This document shows positions 48,601 to 56,728 of a stretch of DNA of 64,000 bases, piece after piece. The stretch's first letter is position 1, and each line of letters opens with the position of its first letter. The stretch comes from Candidatus Magasanikiibacteriota bacterium (GTDB lineage: Bacteria; Patescibacteriota; Patescibacteriia; Magasanikbacterales; UBA922), in assembly GCA_041665025.1 (NCBI GenBank), contig JBAYJP010000004.1, forward strand, positions 26,311-90,310, written 5' to 3'. The notes beneath the pieces are model-generated. The model made no database searches and had not been told where the DNA came from. It saw nothing but the letters and a program-made list of their open reading frames with translations. A program made the position numbers and the translations under genes.

Positions 48601-51600
48601 ATGTGTTGTTGACACTGTTGACGTGCGTCCTGATCCATTTACGGCAACATTTATTGGCCAGCGCCAGCGATATAGCGCGGTTCCGAAAGGTGCTCCAGAT
48701 AGCTGTAATCCACGGGGACAATTTTTAAATCCATGGGATTATGGATGGAATTGGTATGTGCGCGATTCAGCTGTAGCAAGTTCAAATTCAACTATTGCGA
48801 CCACAACTAATTTTGGATTTTCTGGAAATATAAACAGGGCGTGTGGCCTCAATTGTATTCCAACAGGAAGTGACGTTCCACAGGGGACATATACAGGCGT
48901 CTATCCTGTTTGTGGGAATGGTAGAGTAGAACTTGGAGAAGATTGCGATATAGCAAGCACAACGCCGAGTGGTGCAAATGAAAATCACGGCATTAGCTGC
49001 GCCTATAATTGTTTGAGGTTGGGAAACTCAAACAAAGGTAATGGGGCAAACCAGTGCGGAAACGGAGTTGTGGAAGAAATAAGAGGAGAAGAATGCGATC
49101 CCAATAATTTGGATTCAAATTTTGTTCCGTATAAACTATTTTGTACTGATACATGTGTATGGACGGGGTCTTCGGTAGAAGCTACGGGGAATCCCACAAC
49201 GCCTATATGTGGCAGTGGGAGTGTGACACCAGGCGAGGATTGTGATGGGACACTAGGTTGTTCTACACGCTGTCTCAATACAGGTACGCCACTTTCTCAA
49301 GCATGGTGCGATACTCATAAAAATGATAATGACAAAACATACGAACTATGTCCGTATGCGACAAGCGTCTGCGGAAATGATATTGTTGAAAATGGCGAAG
49401 AATGCGACCCTATAGGTAATCAGAGTGTTGCCTATTGTACAGATAGATGCCTGCTCGTCAATGTATGCAATGAGCCAACAAAAAAACAATGTGATCCTGA
49501 AGATGATGAAGGTTGTTCACCAGATTGTACGTGGGCAGGTTCATCTATTGAATATTCAACTCCATCGTTATGCGGCGATGGCCAAGTCGGTATTGGCGAG
49601 TATGCGGGTTGTGAAATAACTCCAGATGAAGCACGAAGCCAATTGGGAGGAAATCCAGTTCAGCTGGTAACAGCAATTGGTGAACCGCCTGCAGGTGCAT
49701 CCTCTGTTGTACCACTTGATTCTCTGGAAACATTTGTGTTTGCTGATCCTGAAAGAATTAGATTCTCTCCTGCATCCATTGGCAATGTGACAAGTACGAT
49801 AAGAGGACAGGGGGATTATGAATTACAATGTGGATACACGGAAAATATTTCCTCAGGCCAAGATATCGGGAGCACGACAGTAGTTTTTGAGGAATTTGCA
49901 TCAAACCATGACATGTTTGTATTGGATAAAGCAGACGACGGAATATATGTATTGGATGTACTTTTAAATGATTTTGGCCAGCAGCTAGACATTTTGAGCG
50001 TAGCAGCAAGTGACGAGCTCGTAAAAGTATCCGTTATCACCGAAGATGAGATCGAGAAGCTTCATGTTGAAGTTCCTGCAGAAATTACACAAGTAAACCT
50101 TGAATACGAAGTAAAAGATATTGCAACGGGGGAGCAGGAAAGCGCACAGGTTGCTTTACATATACATAATGATGTTGCTAATGTTTTTCGTTCCATTGTC
50201 TTTGATAATTTTGATTTGGATGATTTCAAAGAGGGTGATGTTGTTGCAATTCATGTTGATAAACTTGACACATTCCGTGTCCCTCCCGGAATTGACCCTT
50301 ACACAATCACAGAAGTCTCTGATGTTTCTTCAATTGTCGGTAGTCTATTACCCAATGTTCAACTTGATATAAGTCTGCTACCAGGACATGAAGTTTTTGA
50401 TATTACAGAAAGTTCAGGAACAGCGGGAATATTATCTTTTGATTTTAGTGCTAAACGGGGTGATGATACGTTTACGGGGAAAATTTTTATAAATATCAAA
50501 AGAAAACGTGTGGTTGCGTCAGAGACAATAGAACAAACGCAATCTGTATATAATGATTGTTCGCCTAACCCTGGAAATATATATGGCGTGGCAAAAAATT
50601 CATGCTGTGTGCTCCGCCCAGAGCGCGTAGACCAGTATCCGGCAGCAAACGCGGGCATAGATGGCAGTGAACCAGTATGCCGCAATACCTATTTAGAGGT
50701 ATCATTTGATAAATTCATGGACAGCACTTCTTTCGATAGAGGCAGTTACAAAGTAAATGATCTGGTGAGGTTTTTTGATAATGCGTATGTGGTCGAGGGA
50801 TATGAAGTCGCAGCATACCCGAATTTCAATTGTGAAAGCCAGGGTATGGTGGACGTGTCCGAGGACATGAGTCGTCTGACCGGTTCAATAGCGCCTACCG
50901 GGCATGTCAGTTTTTTGAAAAAGATATGGAATTCTATAAAATTATTTTTTGTCCGATTATTTACGGGCGATGTATTTGCGGTTGATGAAAACAACCAGCT
51001 TACGGGCAGGACCATTAGGTGGTGTTATAGCAACAATACATTGGATCCTCGTGTCAGGTATGAACTCAATGAAACGGGAGTGGTGAGCACAAGTACCGCG
51101 GCATTATATCTTGATAATGCACTGCCCCCCAATGTGTATGTGGCGGTTATGTTGCGCGGTGGACAAGATGGAGTGCGCGATATAAATGGGGTAGGTATCA
51201 AAAATCCGCACAGCACGAGTCGTACTGATTTTTGGATGTTCAAGACGGGCAGTGAGATTTGTAAAATTGATAGTGTGAGTGTCGATCCTGCAACGCAGAT
51301 GTATCAAGAACCTGGAGATGAACATACATTTCATGCTCAGGTACTAAGCAAACGAGCGCAACAAATAGTGTCCACGCCGGCTTATGTATGGGAGTATATC
51401 TGGCATCCACAAAATCCAGTGTTTGATATTCCAAAAGTGACCACCCCTCCCACTAGTCCAAATACTCCAGATATCACTATCCAAAATAAAGGTGTTGAAG
51501 GACTTATAAATGCCATAGCCGAAGTAAAAGTAACGTATGATGCAGATAGCGAAGACAATCACACAGGTAAAAAATTTAATGGGCTATTTGAATTAAACGC

Positions 51601-54600
51601 ATTTTTCTGTGCGAACCCGTGGCCTTCTACAGGTGAATATTTTCAGGATGATTATTATAATTTCCGTACCCGCTATTGTGCTGACGCAGAAAATCCTTTG
51701 TATGATTTTGATGACTTGCCTCTTCTCCAGACAGGCATTAATCCATCTGAGGCCATTACCGCGTCAGGTACGCTTGAAAAGGTGTTATTTTTCAATCCAA
51801 AAAATGATGATGTTATTGGCATACAAATATTTTTAAATCCACCCGATGAATTGACGGGTTTGCGCCGTACGCTGGGTGATTGGTATTCAGATAGATTTGA
51901 AGATCTGGGTAATATGAGGAGAGTGAGTGTAGACGGAAATGAAGCTTTGACAGATGGAAGAAATTATTATGTAAACGCATACAATGTCACGTCTACGGGG
52001 ATGTACAACAATGTCTATTTGTTTAGTATCAATGAGGGCGCACAGCCAGAAACGCAAAAAGTATTTGATCAAATTATTGCATCGCTCCAGTTCAATACAA
52101 ATTTACGCGATATTAACAAATGTCTTGATGCTGATGGCGACTTGAGAGGGAGTAGCAGTGAGAGGATTTCAATTGCAAACCCGGAAATTGATTGTACGAC
52201 AGACATTGATTGTATCAATGACAATGGACAAGCAAAATTGAATGTACATCCAAGTGGCATATGTGCCAATGAAAAGACCAAATTTTTTAGGGACATCAAA
52301 CGCCTTGAAGATTTGAAAATCACGCAGTCCAAGCTTGATGGATATTTTGCAGGCAATGTATTTGGCGCTGACTTCAAAGCAGATTTGCAAGGCGGATCAT
52401 ATATTCCTGGCTATACTAATTCACGGTGGCTCTCATGGGGTACGCTGGCAGGTTTGGTAAATGGACTGACTGTTGACCCTATCAATGATTGGCGCGGGTG
52501 TTCCCCCAATGATTCACTTACATGCTGGAACGCGGCAAGTTCGACATTCAGGTGTCCTCAGTTTGCGCAAGTGTATGAATATGCATTTGTAAGTACGACA
52601 TTAGGGTATAATATTTATGCTCCGTTTGAATACATGGACGCTAGTGATGACATTGTCGAACAATTTGTAGATACTTCCCGCATTAGACTGGGGCAAAGAT
52701 GGTGTACGCCAGCCACCGTATATACACCATTCCAAGGTACATGCGGAGATGGCATTCTCAACCCTTCAAGCGAGCAGTGCGAACCCCCAGGAAGAGAGAG
52801 AGTTACGTATCAAGTTGTTGATGGTGGCAGAACGAGTTCATGTCCAGCGGGTCAATTTGCGACCTCTACATGCAGTCAGACATGTCAGTGGACATACAGC
52901 GCTTGCCATGTTGCAGCTCAAAATTGTGGCGATGGAGAAATACAAGGTAGTGAGGCATGTGATGATGGAAATAAAAATGGGACATATGGGTATTGCAATA
53001 GTACGTGTTTGGATCTACATCCTGAGTATTGTGGAGATAATGTATATCAGAGCGGAAAAGAATTTTGTGAGAGAGTCGCAGAAGTTTCAGTTGCGTTTCC
53101 AATTGCTGGAAAGAAAGTGAGACTTAATTTGGGCGAGTCTATGGCGAATCTTGAATCCATGAATGCTACAGATTTTCTAAATACATACTGTAGTCATTAT
53201 GAGACGGATTTTGAAAGAGGTATTTGTAATGTTCTTTTTGTACTAGTTTATACGTATGTGGATCGTTTTGTAAATGATATAGACAATTTTAATTATCGTT
53301 GCAGCGGTGATTCTACACTTATCTGTAATCCGGATGAAGGTTTGGGTCCGAGCAATCCAAATGCAGGATGTCGTGCTCCTAGTGCGACTGCCATGGCTTA
53401 TCTGGATAATTTAGACATAAATGATGTAGTAACAAACGTGGCAACCACAACATTAAATGATTATGGATATTGTAGAGAATATGCGCTTGGCAATTTTGGT
53501 ACTCCTTATAATCACGAAAGGGATTTGACGTGTTCGTGGAACTGCCAGTCATATGGCGCGTACTGTGGTGATGGCGTCAGACAGCCACAATATGAACAGT
53601 GTGATGATGGTAATACCAATGATCGCGATGCGTGTACCAACGATTGCATGGTCCATGTCAATCCAGACTTATGCGGGAATGGAAGTGTTGACGTGGGAGA
53701 ACAATGTGATGATGGAAATACAATAAATAGTGACAGTTGTTTAAATTCGTGCGTAATAAGAACGGATGAACCTCGTTGCGGAGATGGTGAACGTCAGCCG
53801 GAAATAGGTGAGGAGTGTGATTTGGCAAATCAAAATGGAGTTGCCTGCAGTGCAAATGGCTATAATGAAAAATGCGTGTATTGTTCGCTTGATTGCAAGA
53901 GTATTACTGTTGAGTCTGCAAAAAAATGCGGAAATGGAAGAATTGATTATGACGCACAAAATAGACCTTACGAAAAGTGTGATTTTGTTCAGTCTGGTGG
54001 CCGACAAACAAGGATATTTACCACATCAACTCCTCCTAACAGCCGTGAAACTACATGTGTTGACCAGTTGGGCCCTGTCGAATATCCGGATTTCAATGAA
54101 GTACGCGGTTCTTTGAAATGCAGTCCAGATTGCCTGACACTTGATACTTCTGATTGTGTTGAATGTGGAGTGAGAAAATTTGTAAATGGAGCACAGACAC
54201 CTTACATTTCAGTCATCAACGTGCTGACGGGTAAGGATACGCGTAATGGGGTATGGGGTAGCGAAACGCATTTAGGCTTATACTCCAACCGGACGAGTGG
54301 AAGACAATATGTTGCCTCTCGAAATTTAGGTGCTACTCCGTACAATCCACAGCGTATCGCTTATGGGAATGGTCTTTCGGATATGAGTGATGATGAAGAT
54401 GATCCTGTAGCTGGGATCGATACAAACGTCAAATGTAATAAGTATACAGACGTACAATCAAACACTTTTGAACATTATTACCAGTTATATTTTAATAGTG
54501 GCCGTACAGGAACAGATCGAGTACGTGGCGGAACTTACTTTGATTATATAGTTAATAATGAGACAACAAATATAGAACGTGAATTGTTTGTTTCTCCTGC

Positions 54601-55234
54601 CCTGCCGACATCTATGTTGAGGATTGCTGTGCGTGCTTCAAGAGAGAATCAACCATCTGATGCTCGATTTGTGGGTGGTTTTTATGCTGATGGAATAGGG
54701 CAGGTTTTATATCCCGTGGGCAGTGCCGGCGTTGGAGTACGATGTAGAATGATAGAACAGGGTGCACAAGAATATTGGCTTCCATCTGCTGGTTGCAATA
54801 CTGTTTTAAATAACATTTGGATTCACGACCTCGTTAACACTGACTCAAATAGGGTTCAATCATTTACTTTTTCGGACGGTATTTTCGAACTGCTACAACC
54901 AGACAAACCAGTAGCATTTTATGTCCAAGCTCTGGAAGGTCCTATTTATCAATTTAAGAACTATGATGTGTGGGTTGAAATATATGAATATCATGAAGGA
55001 CAAAATCCCGCGTATTCTATATATGCACCGACTCGTACATTTTATCTCAACCGAACTGGATCGAGCAGTACCAATCAATCGGCGCGATATTGGCATGTAT
55101 TCACTTTAAGAAAACAAGGCACGCAGTATGTTGTCGAAACTCCAGGTGGAGAAAATGGTTCTATAGAGACCGACATGTGCCGCATCAGGGCCAATATGCC
55201 AAATACTACCCAATGTACAACAGGAAGGACTTAA
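42629..55234 (+). CDS. Giant 4201-aa surface protein: VirB2-like pilin N-terminus, Ig-like/IPT, LamG, beta-propeller and Cys-rich (DUF4215-type) repeats
   Basis: YGGFVWMTAGGNEEKV..ARK...NGTIGLVII; ITIFGRNFG (IPT); FSLEFWVK..WNHVV..GAIDEVAVY (LamG); repeated FSPDGNYLAV; repeated CGDG...EQCDDGN. Confidence 0.85.
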   Translation: MKQRARTWFFAGLLTAVFVVGFFVFFNPVFGQDTLGLDVVENEGDIALGSGDLRVTIVRIINIALGLLGIVALGIVLYGGFVWMTAGGNEEKVATARKILVNGTIGLVIILSAWTITWFVLSKLIEATGGGGGTTGGDRCTCAEPPESECRKTIECRNFCTRFPSQCCSTDHFIVKSITPSTPQTDQEIFMNNPVIRVVFSREVAGSPSDAFKIYKKEDGGVNRDVTQDFSFNFDGNDTIAEAEYVQGTVCGQHQGHDVHCLLAGEYEVKVGDVRDKDGNKLEVDTTCGNFPKDALFRTGDEAELAIDTQAPNLSQVTIDGGIIPNVRLVQGRTYPIATTLSDNRGNAYVHLNIYKEGDSGNKIRQHINGPAVSIGSSPAFPFLYGFKVPYTLEVGQTYVAEAVGNDIDNNTVTSQLTFRVIPVSCDNGELDPGETSPDVGGPCGGGDGDACRVDTDCSSWLKCLNPSNQFCSATDTTCVCRPWPYITDVEYMNGAQGNWITIFGRNFGYDPGLVTFDYPGGQRQTAPLAECRANDVWEDSWIIAEVPEQITPQAAKDPALELNGTDAYVSAPFNIFDWGFEDGYFSLEFWVKPPANGIIPHTLLAGTQEGGQFGIFTSSDDLGSVEAWVRDAGGEYNIVVGDPGQLLGNEWNHVVMTTQGVEGGSEVRLYINHNSLDKEPFTSQGAGFEYVEAEEFIIGFLGDDDYMRGAIDEVAVYAGVLTEAQIVEHYNAKNIGTIESYRTLVNAIAPRAYWTFSNFQSGDTQVTDISGNGFHGTYHGGIEAVSGPFISNTATVDKPSISVTTAGTGFTDNTDDDFGTRLPLFEYNSIQRPGLCSVTVPRDIVHTLADGTTVTTTAGSTKAPPDTPIEAVGKGFGNARGSLSFESTNAAVDSWSENLILSAVPIMQEQRKAVVRVTAPSGQVSNGIPFWVSSLADMYPPIIESISPSSTTKGSYITIKGKNFGNSGIVYFNTDEDIGCPGQGCFASASLPDYCEDTWNDNQIIAKVPTDGSFIFGNYHVVVVRDDNLKGVSKVVEKVTDGDPRPSICYLQPSSGPAPLPVGQYLTIKGENLDKNASGSEIYFWSPLSIAGDIATWLHTTTNDPGSSRVVEGKEIRAFIPVDTTAGFTMITGPIVVKPIASNVVSNEMIYNVRDCREFGTGSLVGFQCCQEGREAGRWKSNAFVCEGGRREAGYAWRFTSGKIPDRFFVLEQCQDGTIVPSPSPWANRPQGNSACLNAEIDLVFSLPVKKSSIGTGTDFEEGLDGSNIKVETCGSGQQIDCSASADVTSEFRPAFTETSVAIARYRDQDGGNIDTLTPNTWHRVSLKETVTSAHSENILGVQEERNENLVATRPCESNDGSSFAFCFEFKTGAPGTICTLKDALIDPPRKTTNLLGVVQDDAFPRMYDITRIFNPGTPGLNPLYYMVRGVANQECTTINVDSKPWIWGPTDPPVTGSVPATSEKRARGRYVNSRGIAKAWEDWPQGYNIFATTPENVSSTIVVSRESDTIERLTKLPDPTIIPAGFGRSVEFSPDGNYLAVGHDVAPFISMYRRNGDTFTKLDIPSGPTQWIVSMDFSSDGVYLAVLQQIPPFVTMYKRNGDTFTKLATPSPSNWSGSSRGWTIDFSPDTNYLAIAQETSPYITIYHRSGDTFSRANDPDILPTGSGKGVTFSPDGNYMATSFAVSPYLTVYKRNGDAFVKLENPSPLPTDGARGGIAFSPDSNYLVLTTHGSTNIMFYKRNGDAFTRIADNVDQLPLLGFRVDFSPDGSYVVVSHGSFSSTPFFSFYRRDNDAITKINTFVPSTPVNGASDVAFSPNSQYVAVAHTITPFLSIYKIAYRMGASTVETFDTTVITATSTLHIDLTHPQVVSKWPSCIEACVNAEIGAQFNQIMDKTTFTTDNVHLYRCSDETCTVTSTASISPGSHDDNILRFYPQGLLTSSTWYLVELTSGIKGVSGVDPSGRALQDNRGKSIERTTWKFRTKPSSEPCVVDTVDVRPDPFTATFIGQRQRYSAVPKGAPDSCNPRGQFLNPWDYGWNWYVRDSAVASSNSTIATTTNFGFSGNINRACGLNCIPTGSDVPQGTYTGVYPVCGNGRVELGEDCDIASTTPSGANENHGISCAYNCLRLGNSNKGNGANQCGNGVVEEIRGEECDPNNLDSNFVPYKLFCTDTCVWTGSSVEATGNPTTPICGSGSVTPGEDCDGTLGCSTRCLNTGTPLSQAWCDTHKNDNDKTYELCPYATSVCGNDIVENGEECDPIGNQSVAYCTDRCLLVNVCNEPTKKQCDPEDDEGCSPDCTWAGSSIEYSTPSLCGDGQVGIGEYAGCEITPDEARSQLGGNPVQLVTAIGEPPAGASSVVPLDSLETFVFADPERIRFSPASIGNVTSTIRGQGDYELQCGYTENISSGQDIGSTTVVFEEFASNHDMFVLDKADDGIYVLDVLLNDFGQQLDILSVAASDELVKVSVITEDEIEKLHVEVPAEITQVNLEYEVKDIATGEQESAQVALHIHNDVANVFRSIVFDNFDLDDFKEGDVVAIHVDKLDTFRVPPGIDPYTITEVSDVSSIVGSLLPNVQLDISLLPGHEVFDITESSGTAGILSFDFSAKRGDDTFTGKIFINIKRKRVVASETIEQTQSVYNDCSPNPGNIYGVAKNSCCVLRPERVDQYPAANAGIDGSEPVCRNTYLEVSFDKFMDSTSFDRGSYKVNDLVRFFDNAYVVEGYEVAAYPNFNCESQGMVDVSEDMSRLTGSIAPTGHVSFLKKIWNSIKLFFVRLFTGDVFAVDENNQLTGRTIRWCYSNNTLDPRVRYELNETGVVSTSTAALYLDNALPPNVYVAVMLRGGQDGVRDINGVGIKNPHSTSRTDFWMFKTGSEICKIDSVSVDPATQMYQEPGDEHTFHAQVLSKRAQQIVSTPAYVWEYIWHPQNPVFDIPKVTTPPTSPNTPDITIQNKGVEGLINAIAEVKVTYDADSEDNHTGKKFNGLFELNAFFCANPWPSTGEYFQDDYYNFRTRYCADAENPLYDFDDLPLLQTGINPSEAITASGTLEKVLFFNPKNDDVIGIQIFLNPPDELTGLRRTLGDWYSDRFEDLGNMRRVSVDGNEALTDGRNYYVNAYNVTSTGMYNNVYLFSINEGAQPETQKVFDQIIASLQFNTNLRDINKCLDADGDLRGSSSERISIANPEIDCTTDIDCINDNGQAKLNVHPSGICANEKTKFFRDIKRLEDLKITQSKLDGYFAGNVFGADFKADLQGGSYIPGYTNSRWLSWGTLAGLVNGLTVDPINDWRGCSPNDSLTCWNAASSTFRCPQFAQVYEYAFVSTTLGYNIYAPFEYMDASDDIVEQFVDTSRIRLGQRWCTPATVYTPFQGTCGDGILNPSSEQCEPPGRERVTYQVVDGGRTSSCPAGQFATSTCSQTCQWTYSACHVAAQNCGDGEIQGSEACDDGNKNGTYGYCNSTCLDLHPEYCGDNVYQSGKEFCERVAEVSVAFPIAGKKVRLNLGESMANLESMNATDFLNTYCSHYETDFERGICNVLFVLVYTYVDRFVNDIDNFNYRCSGDSTLICNPDEGLGPSNPNAGCRAPSATAMAYLDNLDINDVVTNVATTTLNDYGYCREYALGNFGTPYNHERDLTCSWNCQSYGAYCGDGVRQPQYEQCDDGNTNDRDACTNDCMVHVNPDLCGNGSVDVGEQCDDGNTINSDSCLNSCVIRTDEPRCGDGERQPEIGEECDLANQNGVACSANGYNEKCVYCSLDCKSITVESAKKCGNGRIDYDAQNRPYEKCDFVQSGGRQTRIFTTSTPPNSRETTCVDQLGPVEYPDFNEVRGSLKCSPDCLTLDTSDCVECGVRKFVNGAQTPYISVINVLTGKDTRNGVWGSETHLGLYSNRTSGRQYVASRNLGATPYNPQRIAYGNGLSDMSDDEDDPVAGIDTNVKCNKYTDVQSNTFEHYYQLYFNSGRTGTDRVRGGTYFDYIVNNETTNIERELFVSPALPTSMLRIAVRASRENQPSDARFVGGFYADGIGQVLYPVGSAGVGVRCRMIEQGAQEYWLPSAGCNTVLNNIWIHDLVNTDSNRVQSFTFSDGIFELLQPDKPVAFYVQALEGPIYQFKNYDVWVEIYEYHEGQNPAYSIYAPTRTFYLNRTGSSSTNQSARYWHVFTLRKQGTQYVVETPGGENGSIETDMCRIRANMPNTTQCTTGRT

Positions 55235-55243
55235 AATTATTCT

Positions 55244-55657
55244 ATGAATTTAAAAAAAACTGTTATACTATTTAGTGTGGGTGTTCTCCTTGTGCTGTTG
55301 GGGACAGGTCTATGGTTTTTTGTATCTCGTGGAAAGAAAATTGTTACTGATAAACAAGATAAGGACGGAACAGCTTCGTCCACATCGCAAGGAACTATTA
55401 CAACTACAGACATACCTGAATGGTATGCAACTGACAAAGACGCGGATGGTATAGAAGATACAAAAGAAGATGAATTGGGATTAGATAAATGGGCAGCTGA
55501 TACTGATGGAGATGGGATTTCTGACTTTGTAGAAATCAATGAATTCAAGACAGACCCAAGAAATCCTGATACGGACGGTGATGGTTTTTGGGATGGAGTT
55601 GAACTTGAAAGTGGATATAATCCACTAGGAGAAGGGAAACTTATAACTTCAAGTTGA
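55244..55657 (+). CDS. Membrane protein with bacterial TSP3 Ca-binding repeats
   Basis: TM helix; DKDADG, DTDGDGISD, DTDGDGFWDG.E...GYNP. Confidence 0.85.
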   Translation: MNLKKTVILFSVGVLLVLLGTGLWFFVSRGKKIVTDKQDKDGTASSTSQGTITTTDIPEWYATDKDADGIEDTKEDELGLDKWAADTDGDGISDFVEINEFKTDPRNPDTDGDGFWDGVELESGYNPLGEGKLITSS

Positions 55658-55756
55658 AGTTATAAAGTTCCAAGTTATAAAGTTGTAAAGTTCATAAAAT
55701 ATTTGTTACTTTCAACTTTATAACTTTATAACTTTATAACTCTATAACTCTATAAC
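55651..55756. repeat. Family B tandem-inverted element
   Basis: aagttgaagttataaagttccaagttataaagttgtaaagtt ... actttcaactttataactttataactttataactctataactctataac; ends 2 nt before the ATG. Confidence 0.9.
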
Positions 55757-55758
55757 AT

Positions 55759-56661
55759 ATGTTCGACGACGTTCAACCAAAAAAATCAGGACAAGTTCCA
55801 GGGAATTTACCCATTACAGAACCAGAAGATATTTTTTCTGGAGCAGACGTGCAGCTTGATGATATATCAGCACCTCAACCTGCTGCCCCTACGTCTGCAC
55901 TGGATGCAGGAGTCCTCAAACCGCGTCAACCAATTTCAAATATGTCAGAAATGGCGCCAGTGGCTATGCCTCCTGTTGCACCGCCACGCGTAAATACATT
56001 TCAAGAACAAATTCCGCCAGTTGGGCCTGCGCCTGAGGTACAAAATTCTCCATATCAACCGCCTGTGAATAATGACCCACGTTTTGTCGTACCTCCTCAA
56101 CAAATGGGTGGGGATCCTTCAGCCTACACGGTAAAAGAGCCTCTGGGAAGTAAAAAAGCAATTTTATGGATTATTATCGGAGTTATCGTGATTGTGCTTG
56201 GAGCTGGCAGTGCGTGGATGTACTTTACATTTATCCAAAATGGTGGAAATACAGATTTAGATAATGGAGATATAACAAATGAAAATATTACTCCTGATGA
56301 AAATACAAATGTTGTTCCCATAAACACGACACAACCAGATAATGCAGATCAAGGAGATACCGCGAACACACAGGTAGATATTGACCAAAGTATTTTGTTT
56401 GGCCAGCCAATTGATACTGATGGCGATGGTCTTGATGATGTACGTGAAGCAGATTTGAACACCGACCCCTTGAATTGGGATAGTGATGGCGATGAGTTGT
56501 CTGATGGGGACGAAGTGACGATATGGAAAACAGATCCGCTTGATAGTGATAGTGATAACGACGGATATGGAGATGGTGCTGAAATAAAGAATGGGTATAG
56601 TCCGACTGGCTCGGGCAAATTATTTGAAGTGCCAACAACCACAGAATCGGCTGTGCAATAA
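55759..56661 (+). CDS. Pro-rich membrane protein with TSP3 repeats
   Basis: EPEDIF, Pro-rich linker, TM helix, DTDGDGLDD, DSDGDELSDG. Confidence 0.85.
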   Translation: MFDDVQPKKSGQVPGNLPITEPEDIFSGADVQLDDISAPQPAAPTSALDAGVLKPRQPISNMSEMAPVAMPPVAPPRVNTFQEQIPPVGPAPEVQNSPYQPPVNNDPRFVVPPQQMGGDPSAYTVKEPLGSKKAILWIIIGVIVIVLGAGSAWMYFTFIQNGGNTDLDNGDITNENITPDENTNVVPINTTQPDNADQGDTANTQVDIDQSILFGQPIDTDGDGLDDVREADLNTDPLNWDSDGDELSDGDEVTIWKTDPLDSDSDNDGYGDGAEIKNGYSPTGSGKLFEVPTTTESAVQ

Positions 56662-56665
56662 AATT

Positions 56666-56713
56666 ATGTACGAAATACGAAAACTGCGAAAGGTACGAAA
56701 AAATATATTTCGT
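56666..56713. repeat. Family A element, reverse orientation, truncated
   Basis: atgtacgaaatacgaaaactgcgaaaggtacgaaaaaatatatttcg closely matches the reverse complement of the right part of the 16229 copy. Confidence 0.85.
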
Positions 56714-56728
56714 GTATATAATTAATGT

